Below, one piece after another: positions 53,398-64,000 of a stretch of 64,000 bases of DNA. Source of the DNA: Octopus vulgaris (taxonomy: Eukaryota). Below the pieces are notes generated by a model, which saw only the letters and a program-made list of their open reading frames with translations, ran no database searches and was not told the DNA's origin. The stretch is taken from contig OX597826.1 in NCBI GenBank assembly GCA_951406725.2, positions 38,998,001 to 39,062,000 of the forward strand, given 5' to 3'. The translations under genes were made by a program, and so were the position numbers. Every line of letters starts with the position of its first letter. Positions within the stretch are counted from its first letter, which is position 1.

Positions 53398-53797
53398 AGT
53401 CATTTCTACTGTAAAGTACAAGGCCTAAAATTTTGGGGAAGGATGTTGGTTAATTACATCGACCTCAATGCATGACTGGTACTTATTTCATTGACTCAAA
53501 AAGGAAGGAATTTGAACTGAGAACACATTGACAGATGAAATACAGCAAAGCATTTTGTCCAGCATGCTAAATATTATAATCCTTTCTACTATAGGAACAT
53601 GGAGAGTGGAAAATTTTTGGTATTATTTATTTACTATTAAACATGTTTCATTTGCTAATAGGAGTTATAAAATTGTACTTGAAGTAGAAAACATGTAATA
53701 TATCTTCTATTAGAAATTATTCAGACAGGCAATCAAATAATACAAACATCAACATACAAATTTAGAATATTGAAATAAGCAGATGTGCTTCAAAAGG

Positions 53798-53837
<40 letters not shown>

Positions 53838-56800
53838 CCATCGTTGCTGCTGCTGCCACTGCGACAACCAGCACCATCATCATCATTTAACATTCACCTT
53901 TCATGCTAGCATGGGTTAGATGGTTTGATAGGAGCTGGCCAGGCAGAAGCTTGCACCAGACTTCTTATTTCAAAGATAAATCAAAAGTAGCTAAAAATTT
54001 ATGTAACTCTCGAAAGCCCTTCCATTTTCAAAGTGATACATCAGTAGGGGCTTTAATTTTATATGGTCAAGAGCATTTCCTCCCAGAAGCATCAGACATA
54101 TATTGAAAGCTTCAAATCCTAATGTTAATTTTTCTTTCTGATAAACAAATGTTCTAGCAGGAAATTGCCGTTTCAACAACATTGTGTACATGCTCTGATG
54201 TGTAGCCTTATTCAGCAATTGTTCTCTTCAACTTCCCAGGATAAGTGGTAGCAGCCACTGTGTCAGCACTGCCAGCTTTACTATTATTTTATGCCGTGAA
54301 AATTCCGACACTTCTTAAACTTTTCAAACCAGCGTTTATTAGCCAGAAAAAATCTTTTGCATTAGATATTTCACCTTTCTTTTTCTGGAAATTGTCACAA
54401 ACATTTGGCTCAGTTTTTGAGTTACCATTGTGCAATTGGCACATCACACCAGGCCTGATCTTAGCAGTTAATGGAATAGCCTGACATAATTTTCTCACTG
54501 TTGTCTTGTATTGTTCCCACTGTAAATGTTGCAGGCTTTAATATTTTGGCAATGTGGAAGGAATGCTGCAACAATGTATTGAAATGATGACTTAGAAACA
54601 CTATGTCAAGGATATCCACCTCTGCCACAACCACTGCAATAATGAAGAACAGGTAAAACACTTACCATGCTGCATGTATTCCAAGATAATAGCAAGTGGT
54701 TTAGCTTTGGTTACAACACCATACAATTGCACCAGGTTGGGGTGGTTAAGTTGCCTGTAAAATATTAAAAGAAATTTTTTTATAAGATTTCACAAGAACA
54801 AGGGCTTCACATCAGTTGATAAAGAAAACAAAACAAAACTGAGATGAATAAGAGATGAATTGTTGGTAAATATTTGTTTAGCTCCCTGGTTATCTCTGAC
54901 TGGCCAGGCCTACGATTAAAAACATTCCATTGATTAAAAGCATTCAATTCACTTATTGTTCACAATCTCAAGTCAGAAAAACTAGGTCTGCTGAGGTTTC
55001 ATTCCCTTCAACTATATTCCAGACAACAGCACACATAAAAATATTGCAGAACCTCCAAGTAATTAGGCCTCATGAAGTTAAACACAGAATATTTAATGAT
55101 TTAATAAGGGAGCCTTTGAATGATGTGTTAGAAAAAGCAAGTAAATATCCTTCAAATTACACTCTACCATCCTAAAATGAGAGGAATACATAAGTCTTGT
55201 CAGTCAAAGATGACCAAGTGACTAAACAACAACAACAACAACAACAGCAGCAGCAGCAGAGTAGTTATTTTCCTTTCTTGCTAGAAAACAAATCTACTGT
55301 AAGGGAGTGGTATCAACTGGTGTCCATAGAAGAAATATTTTTCCATTCATCATTAGATAATGGTAATTTATTAACTTTTCTAATGATTGGGATCCATGTC
55401 TATCTCACTGGTAAGAGACTCCATCACACAAGGCAGCTAAAGTACTTGTGCTGCTTGAATTTCTGCAGATCAATCAATCTTTGTTTGGTTTATACAGAAA
55501 ATAGGGTAAAGAGAATTTTTCAGAAGGGTGCAGCTCAGGAGAAGAATTGGGTTGTGTTTAACTGAGAGTTTTGGATGGAAGTTAAAGCAGAGATGAGAAG
55601 GTGAGACAAGTGGTTTGAATGGGTGTTGTTGAGATTTCTATACAATTTGGATATTAGAAGGCCTGATGCTGTAGAGACATAGACTAGACACAGCATGTCA
55701 TTGGGTCAATGGCTGTAGTGGTTATAACTTGATAACTGGACATTCTAAAATAACAGACAGTAAAAAAAAGAATTACTTGGACAGCAGAGAGTAAACAACT
55801 GAAATATTTCAACATTGGGCATGGTAGTAAGATGATGACTATCGTGGTTACTGGATGTTGTATGTAAATGAATTTGTTACAAATTGGACATGGTAAAAAC
55901 ATTTCTTTTGACCACCAGACAAAGGGGGAAAATGTGTGTATAACTTACGTCATTGTTTTAGCCTCTTCAATGAAGTTGTCCTCCGACATAGTATCAAGTT
56001 TCATCACTTTGACAGCCACAATGTTGCTCTTCCATAAAGCCTCGTATACATTCTAAAAGATAGATGAGAGTCCAAATACCAATCATATTATGAAAGTACA
56101 ATGGGATAAGAGTGACTGAAGGATAGAGAGATAATGATGAGAAAGTCAGTTACCTTCCTTTAAAAAAACTGAATTTTTTATGAATCATAAGATTCTAGAA
56201 AGTCAATGCTTAGCTATGGCTTCTGTTGTTAGTGTTAAATAGATAACAGATAATCTTCACTCTACTTGTGAACGAGATGTTAATCTATGGCAAGTAACTT
56301 TTTTTGGTCAAACTTATTTATTTCTCAACTGGCTAACATCACCTTTGCCATGTTTCTATGGTACGGATGTTTTATATGTCAATGAAATCATTTTTTAGTT
56401 TTTAATTTCAATTCTATTGCTATAGTTTAGCTCTTCTTTCTTTCTGTTCAGTTTGGCAACCAAAATCAAACAGAATTAACAACTTTGCTCTGGAACAGAA
56501 CACAGTGAATATAATTGTGGTGATAGTTCAACATCTTAACCTCAAAGCCACTGTGCATTGTAAGAAAAAGAATAGGTGAACAGATCTGGCCAGCTTTTAG
56601 ATAATTTAATACTACCATAGCAGAATAGTTAAGAAGTTTGTTTTGCAATCATGAAATCCCGGGTTTGGTCCCACTGTGTGACATTTGCTAAAGTGTCTTT
56701 ACTTCGGTTTTAGGTTGACCTGATCCTTGTGAGAGAAATTGGGTAGATGGAAAGTCTGTGGAAGTACGTTTGAAAATTGATCAGCTTTGTCACACTGTGT

Positions 56801-59800
56801 CACTCATTCTGGTTGAGAATTATGTTAAAGATACACATGTCTGCAGAATAGTTAACTATTAAACAATGATCCAATGAGCAGGTAGTTCTGTTGATTAAAC
56901 TTACTACTCATGAGCTAGCAGTCTGAAACATTATTTTATCTATGCCAAAAGGTAGAATCAGTCGAGCACCAGACAAAATGCCTTGATGTAGAATCGGTCG
57001 AGCACCAGACAAAAAGCCTTATAACATTCATAGTTCAAACTCCAATAAAACTAAGAACAAGTAAATTTCTGGGGTTACTTTAACACAAAAACAGTTTGCT
57101 CATAAAACTTATTTCATGAGTTGGGTCCTGTGTATTATGTTCTCTTTTCTGAGGATCTGACTGGGATGACAACAGCATATGTTGGTCAGCCAAATGCTAC
57201 ATGGTCACAGTGAATAAGAAAGTGTCTCACAGAGGCAGAGAGAAACTGGGACACTGTTTGGAGGGTTGCCCAGGATTACCTGAGCAAATATGAACAATTG
57301 TGGATGTAGCAATGTGCCACAAAGGTGCATGTCGCCGTACCTGACCCCCCACAAAATGTCTGATCTTATACCTTTATAACAAATCATTTTATTACTCTCA
57401 ATGTTGAAAGCAGATTTAACATGATTTGAATTCATGATGTGGAAGGATGAAGCTAAAGAGTTTAAAGTATTTTATCTGCCTCTCTACTACTATTGAAACC
57501 TCATCACCCATTTTTGGATCTAATATTGAAGTTTTAGAGGAATTAGTTTTTAAGAGGAACTTGCTTGAAATTTTGAATCCAACATAAGAAATTGTCAACA
57601 AATAAAATGGCAGTAGCACAGAAAGAAGAAATGTATTTGAGATTATTCCAAGAATTAGTCTACAATTAAAATGACAATTATAATGTTTATAATTATCTGG
57701 GCAAATTTATTCAAGGATGTCTTCAATCACTCATCTTATGGTCAAGCAGAAATAATTAATACTTATCTTCACAGCAAAGATTTTGATACCATTCTGTGGT
57801 CTGTTTGTGATGTATTAGACCCAGTTTCATTGATATAGTTTAATAATACTGGAGGTGTCACCATATTTGCTACAGATGATTTCACATTACATGACCACTT
57901 TTTGTATGGGAGTTGATTAAATTTACACTAGTATATTACTGGTCATTTGATATCAAGAAAGTTATGAACTTTGTAAGGGATATATCTAAGATCTTAAATA
58001 AACTTCAGCATTTTATAACTGGTCCTTCCTTTATTGACTCCCTTAAAGGGAATGGATAAGGAATGTCAGCTGTTACTTAAGTTTTATCAACTCTAGAGAG
58101 ATTTGAAAAGAATAATTGCAAAGAGATGAACATAAATACTATAAGCCATTTTAGGTAGGCACTCTATAACACTTCTGCACCTTTCATTTATGACATTCTT
58201 AATGAAAATAAGATAATGAGGTAAATTACTTACTCCAAAACAACCAGAACCTACTAATTTGCCTTTGATTAAATTGGATTGGCTGATTTCCCAGCAATCT
58301 GAAGAGATAATGAAAAATGGTAATTAAAAAAAAAATCTTAAAATCTACTATTCATATTTATTAATTTGCTATTGGTATTATTATATTTTAGTAGAGTGAA
58401 GATATATTTCTGCCTCTTCAATCAAAACACAATCTATTCAAGTATTAGCAAATGAAATCTTCATTGAAATACTAATTAAAAGAACTACAATTTCCTAAGG
58501 AATGCTTGCCTTTGATGCCCATAGACAACAATGGTTTGTTTCACAAACTTTTAAAATTTAATTTATACACATTAACATTTTTACTTCCAAATTTCTCCCT
58601 GACAACTCATCTTCTTCACACCCCACCCTCCTGTTTCCCAGTCCTTCCACACTCTCAGAAACTTATCTGCACACAATCTGTTGCTGACGAATCTCTCTCC
58701 CATGCAACTCATCTTCCTAACCCCTTTCTCTCCAATTATGCTCACTCACTGCATTTCCTCTCTCCTCCATCTCTTACTTTTCTTTTGCACTCCCATGAAG
58801 TCACCCATCAATTGTCTGTATTACTTCACATATATACCTCCTTGTAACTTGAAGGTACACCTCAACATATTTTCACCATCTTCTCTCTCTTTTGATGACC
58901 TCACTAGTACTAGTGCCATGTAAAGTGGTTGGTGTTAGGAAAGGCATCCAGCCATAGAAACCATGCCAAAGCAGAGCTTGGTTCAGTCCTCAGGCTTGCT
59001 AGTTATTGTCAAACCGTCCAACCCATGCCAGCATGGAAGGCAAACGTTAAATGATGATGATGATGATGATCTATGGTGAAGGAGCATCAATGTTTCCTAA
59101 CATTGAATATCTCAAAAAAATGCTTACTAGTGTATTTGACTGCACTCAAATACAATCTGAGAACTGGTTAAGTTAACAGGGGCATGAAGTGCTCTAATCC
59201 AATCATTCATGTTTCCTTTTCTTTAATTATATCTTGTTTTAATTAATGGTCCTTTTTTATTTCTATTCAAATTTATGTATGTAAATACATTCATCATCAT
59301 CATCATCATCACCATTTAACGTCTGCTTTTCATGCTAGCATGGGTTAGGCACATGTTTTCTTCCCAACCACATGGTTTTGGGTTCAGTCCCACTGTGTAG
59401 CACCCTGGGAAGTCTGTTCTACTATGGCCCTGACCAAAGCCTTGTGAGTGTATTTGGTTGACAGAACTGAAAGAAGACTGTTGTGTGTGATTCTTTGTTT
59501 TGACATTATGTGACAGTTCTAAAAGACCATTCTATCATACAAGTAGTGTAATTTATTTTCAATCTTTCATGAAAACATGTTCAATTATGGGGTAATATTT
59601 TGTTTGGAAACAAGTGTGGGTTGGTGACATAAGAGCCATCTGGCTGCACAAAATCTGCCTCAATGAACTTTGTCTGACTCATACAAGCATGGAAAAACGA
59701 ACATTAAAACAATGATAAAGATTACACACACACACATATATATTTGTGTGTATACTTCTAAATTTCCACACACATCCTTCCATATGTTGTATAATGTCTC

Positions 59801-62376
59801 TCACTCTCTTTGTATTTGTAAATGTGATTTTATACCCACATTATCTTTTCTTTCTTTCTAACCCTAGGTGAGAGTTATGTACTTTGTTACATTTCTTAAA
59901 GTTTTTGTGGCTAATATCACTTACCGTGTCCAAATCCAGCAGTAGCTGGAACTGTTTTGGCCTCATGAGTTGGAGGATAGCGTAGTCTTGTTTCAAGACC
60001 TATTAATACAACCAAATGAATAATGATGGAAGCAACATTCATACCAAAGTACAATTTTAAAATAAACATACAGACAACATAGATGTGTCATAAACTAAAT
60101 ACTAACACCTCTCAACATATAAATCTAATGGTCATGCAGTGATGTCACATTGGCCTAACCTATAATAAGGAGGCAGCAACACAACAACATTCTGAAGATG
60201 AGACCATGAAAGTCTAGAAACATTTTTGATAGATTTAGGAAGTTTCTTCTTTCAAACAACAACTTACAAAAAAATATGAAAAAACTTCATAAAAAGAAAA
60301 GATAAAATTATAAAACGCTCATGTTTTCAAGATGTGTATTTATCAGCAAAAAAAAAAAAATTGATAAATCGGTGTAATATTTATTTTGTGAGTTATGTCC
60401 CTTTATACTTGTTGCAACTATCGAAGTGAGGTTGGGGTTTGATGTTTCAGACTAAAATCACTGGAGTTCTCCAAAATGGAAAAATCCAAAAATTGAAACC
60501 AGTAACAGAATGCAAACTATTTCAATCCTGCACTTGAAACATTTCTGAAAATTCTAACTCTTATTGTTATAATCATCATCATTTTAACATCCAGTTCTCC
60601 ATCATATTGACGTATTGTTGAAGGATGCATCTTCAGAGAGGCTTATCATCATTTCTTCTCTATACAGTGTCATTTTATATTAGGTTCAGTGGAGGCCCAG
60701 TGGTTAGGGCAGCGGACTTGCGGTCGTAGGATCGCAATTTCGATTCCCAGACCGGGCGTTGTGAATGTTTATTGAGCGAAAACACCTAAAGCTCCACGAG
60801 GCTCCGGCAGGGATGGTGGTGATCCCTGCTGTACTCTTTCACCACAACTTTCTCTCACTCTTACTTCCTGTTTCTGTTGTACCTGTATTTCAAAGGGCCG
60901 GCCTTGTCACTCTCTGTGTCACGCTGAATATCCCCGAGAACTACGTTAAGGGTACACGTGTCTGTGGAGTGCTCAGCCACTTACACGTTAATTTCACGCG
61001 CAGGTTGTTCCGTTGATCGGATCAACCGGAACCCTCATCGTCGTAACCGACGGAGTGCTTCCCTCCATATTAGGTTCAACATCCAGAGCTCTGTCAACCT
61101 TTACTACAACCACCTCTGCTCTTCTAAACTACCTAGCTACACACTATTACTTCTTTATTCAGCACCAAAACAACAGACCTCCTATCTCACTTCTGTCTGA
61201 CACTCAAACTGAGTCCATTAGGGTTAAACACTTCTGGAAATTTCACTTTTACTATGTTTCTCCCCACAAAATTTAAACTGAGCATCAACTACATCAACCT
61301 ATAAAAGTAATGGGTTCTATCCCTCCTCCTTCTACTAACTGAAAAGATGAGCTAATAAGGGAGCACTTTCATGGCCACTCAACCTACAAGGAATAATAAT
61401 CCCAAATCCCTCAGACTACACCCTGCTATTTTAAAAAGGAAAAGATGGGAGGGTCATGGCTAGATGCCTCTGATCATGAATCTGTATTGAGGCAGTGAAA
61501 GAATAATAGTATTAGTAGTAGTGAAGGAGGAGGAGGAGAAAAATCTGTTTTGAGTACTTTGCATTATCAGCACCCAACCCCTTTTTGATCACCAGTTAGT
61601 GATGTCAGTCAACATTAATTCCAATCACCTCTGAGATCAATATTGTATATTGATAGGAGGCAGGTATACCAGATATAATTATCTTTAGTATAACATGTCT
61701 TTATGCTGTTGTGGTTTTACCTTAGGTGAAACCTGACTGAACAGACTTATGCTCAAATGAAAAGCATTTGAACTGTGAGCATCCTGTTCATCTTTTTGTA
61801 TAGCTAACGCAATGTGATCCTTTACTAATTTATTAGAGTGCGAGTAATTTGAGGTAATGTGGCTGCTATTCCTAATATTACAAATTACCATCTGAATGAG
61901 AAAGTGCAAAACTGTTGAATTTCAAATAGACATAAAAGAAATATAAACAAGTCTGGTGGAAGTTTGAGTAAATGTGGCCTCACAGGACATGCCCCTACTT
62001 TACAGCTACATCAGTTACAAATTGTTCACTCAGTGGCCCTGGAGTATGCCCAACAATGATGCAAATTAGTATACTAACAGAGACTCCCTCACTGACTCAC
62101 TACTTGTCTTTATTTTCTTGACTCCATCACCCTCTGAATAGAAGAAATACAAAATTAACACTGATGAAATTTAGAAAGATGAAACAATACTGCAAGGTAT
62201 TTAGTATCATGCTTTACTTTTCGTTTTTTTAAAAAAAATACAATTTGCAAACTCTACTACCTGCAGAGTTATGTTTATGATAATAAATAAGATCAGCCAT
62301 TGTATCAAAAGTATTTTTCTCGTGCAAGTAAAATTTTCCATCTGGCGTTTCCTTTATATGGTAGTGGCGAGACTTC
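45249..62376 (-). CDS. Btk: Tec/Btk-family non-receptor tyrosine kinase gene span (5'-partial: SH2 C-half, linker, kinase domain; 9 exons)
   Basis: Spliced translation contains [94 protein letters not shown]. This is a Tec-family signature; exact orthology is not established. Confidence 0.92.
46032..46192 (-). CDS. Tec-family kinase exon: [15 protein letters not shown]...[22 protein letters not shown]
   Basis: ttacag / gtgagt, subdomains IX-XI, phase 1-0. Confidence 0.95.
46220..46610 (+). mobile_element. SINE family A
   Basis: Head, central and tail homology. Confidence 0.8.
47620..49575 (+). mobile_element. R4/Dong-like non-LTR remnant interrupted by an RTE tail and a SINE
   Basis: [56 protein letters not shown]. 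Confidence 0.7.
49092..49497 (-). mobile_element. SINE family A nested in the R4 remnant
   Basis: Full-length homology to 44345-44737. Confidence 0.88.
49615..49733 (-). CDS. Tec-family kinase exon: [39 protein letters not shown]
   Basis: ctacag / gtgagt, activation loop and SDVW, phase 2-1. Confidence 0.95.
50405..50603 (-). CDS. Tec-family kinase exon: GSLKQHL...[27 protein letters not shown](R)
   Basis: tctcag / gtaatt, HRDLAARN and DFG, phase 1-2. Confidence 0.96.
50950..53100 (+). mobile_element. R4/Dong-clade non-LTR retrotransposon remnant (RT with internal deletion, zinc-knuckle region)
   Basis: [61 protein letters not shown]. Confidence 0.85.
53985..54510 (-). mobile_element. Tigger/pogo transposase remnant
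   Basis: [36 protein letters not shown]. Confidence 0.75.
54666..54754 (-). CDS. Tec-family kinase exon: [29 protein letters not shown]
   Basis: ttacag / gtaagt, [10 protein letters not shown], phase 2-1. Confidence 0.95.
55226..55259. repeat. (CAA)n(CAG)n intronic microsatellite
   Basis: Directly visible. Confidence 0.9.
55949..56052 (-). CDS. Tec-family kinase exon: [34 protein letters not shown]
   Basis: ttttag / gtaagt, VAVK and alphaC, phase 0-2. Confidence 0.95.
58234..58298 (-). CDS. Tec-family kinase exon: [22 protein letters not shown]
   Basis: cttcag / gtaagt, WEI and Gly-rich loop, phase 1-0. Confidence 0.93.
59925..59999 (-). CDS. Tec-family kinase exon: [25 protein letters not shown]
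   Basis: taatag / gtaagt, Tec SH2-kinase linker PxTAG, phase 1-1. Confidence 0.93.
60689..61066 (+). mobile_element. Young SINE family B with 12-bp TSD atattaggttca
   Basis: TSD 60677-60688 and 61067-61078, near-identical to the reverse complement of 30128-30512. Confidence 0.9.
62261..62376 (-). CDS. Tec-family kinase SH2 exon: [38 protein letters not shown]
   Basis: tttcag / gtagta on -, phase 2-1. Confidence 0.93.
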
Positions 62377-64000
62377 CTGAAATTTAAAAAGAAAAAAACA
62401 AAAACTAAATAAATTAATAACAAAATATAATTAAATGTAAAGTAAAACTCCACCCCAACCACCACCAGCCAGAGCAATCTACTTTTGTCATTAATCTCCT
62501 ATCCATGGAAAGGTCAAACCTTTCCATGGATAGGTCAAACAGCTGACCTTTATGTGCCTCACAGTAATGATCAACTATTGACTCCATAGGAAGGAAAATG
62601 TAAACCAATGCAATATAAAATATTTTAGAATACATCCAATCATTTCTTTTCAGTCCTTTCTTCCTAAAATTATTGCAACCTCAAACCATTCCCATAACCC
62701 AATGTTTTCCTTGAATTTGTAACAATTTGAACTAAATATCAACTCCCTTGATCAGTTTAATTCCTTACATACTTTCAGACAAAAAACAAAAAAAAAATTG
62801 TTTTCATATATTCAGATTATGAAGATGATCTTTCCTTAAATTATGTTATGCCAGCCTTGAAATGCTGTTTTTTAAGTTGCTTTTGTTTTCACTTTAGCTC
62901 TTGGACAATTGCTGGTCTTGACCATCCAGACTGTCTTTTTTTTTTTAGTTCTTTCAGATATATATAGCATGTATTTAGGGATACAGTCACCAATATGTCT
63001 TACCATATTTAAGATAGTAGAAGATTTGGCTGCAATTTCTAGTAGCTTAACCAATGTTGTAAAAGTCTTTTTCATAAACCTCTGTTTTAGGATAGGCATC
63101 TTCCATGTTATGGAAGCATTGCACCACTAAAAACCTTGCCATAATGTGGCAGTTTGAAATATAAAACCTATTTAACTATTGACTATTTTATGTTCTGGAA
63201 TATCATGTTACAACATAGTTTTTATTCAATGCAATAACATAGCAGGGGCCTTTGTTATGTATGCTGACGTATGATGTCAGAGTTTCTTTAAGCAACTCCT
63301 TTTGCATCAGTTATAATAGTGCCAGTTACTCCTCAGAAGTAGCTTCTAGCCTGCATTTCCACTCTGTTCATACAACTCACTCATCTCTCCTTTTGTCATC
63401 AATCACCCAAACTGTGTATACTTCCTTACTCCACATTTCATACTAACTATTTCATCCCATCCTTTCCCCTTGAAAGCCATTCCTCTGAAATTTCTTCTCT
63501 GCTCATGTTTGCCCCGTAGCTCTTGAGTTGTAATTACTCATGATCATTTATTCAAGTCAATCTAACTGGTGTTAAAGAGGAGTGATATCCTTTACTCCAC
63601 ACCAAACCATTAAAAACAGCAAATATCAAAACTACATCAAATATATTATGTTTTTATTGAATTCATATCATATTTTGTGGACAAGAGCATCATAAATTTA
63701 CAGGTTTCTAATGAGATAAACAATAATACACAATATTTTTAATGGTGACAATAACAATGGGGTGCCTATGCAACTTGGGCAGAAAAAATATAAGGCATTT
63801 TTTTGTCTTTTGAAAACACCAGCTTATCAATTTGTTTCATTGTGGTTTACATCGTTCATAGATATATGTCAGCAAAAGTTATGCACACACATTATATATA
63901 TATATATATATACACACACATTATATATATATATATATATATATATAGGGAGAATTTACGAAAAAAAACAAAAGAGGAAGACAGGTGGTGTACAAAACAA

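Noticed and set aside
55197-55565. PolyQ ORF
   Set aside because: Intronic (CAA/CAG)n antisense to the kinase, with no other coding signal.
56952-57020. 36-bp tandem duplication (also a 21-bp one at 62502-62540)
   Set aside because: Ordinary slippage duplications.
62872-63450. Further upstream kinase exon
   Set aside because: No SH2/SH3 motif with valid splice sites found; may be a decayed DNA transposon, too weak to call.

Overview
AT-rich, repeat-dense eukaryotic DNA. The SINE families, RTE tails and (TA)n/(CA)n microsatellites look like those of an octopod cephalopod (Octopus; inferred). Two convergent, intron-rich genes were reconstructed exon by exon with GT-AG boundaries and consistent phases. 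(1) Calnexin on + (coding exons 1917-31492, 5' part upstream of the window). (2) A Tec/Btk-family tyrosine kinase on - (SH2 C-terminal part plus a complete kinase domain, 62376-45249, 5' part beyond the window). Introns and the intergenic gap hold tRNA-derived SINEs, RTE, R4/Dong, Penelope-like and Gypsy remnants, mariner/maT/pogo-Tigger transposon relics and a piggyBac-type MITE. The main observation is that calnexin has two tandem, paralogous, phase-0 transmembrane exons (25617-25745 and 26085-26231). One keeps the juxtamembrane di-cysteine palmitoylation motif and the other has no cysteine, which suggests a mutually exclusive TM/palmitoylation splice switch. Most ORFs in the supplied track are noise from repeats.
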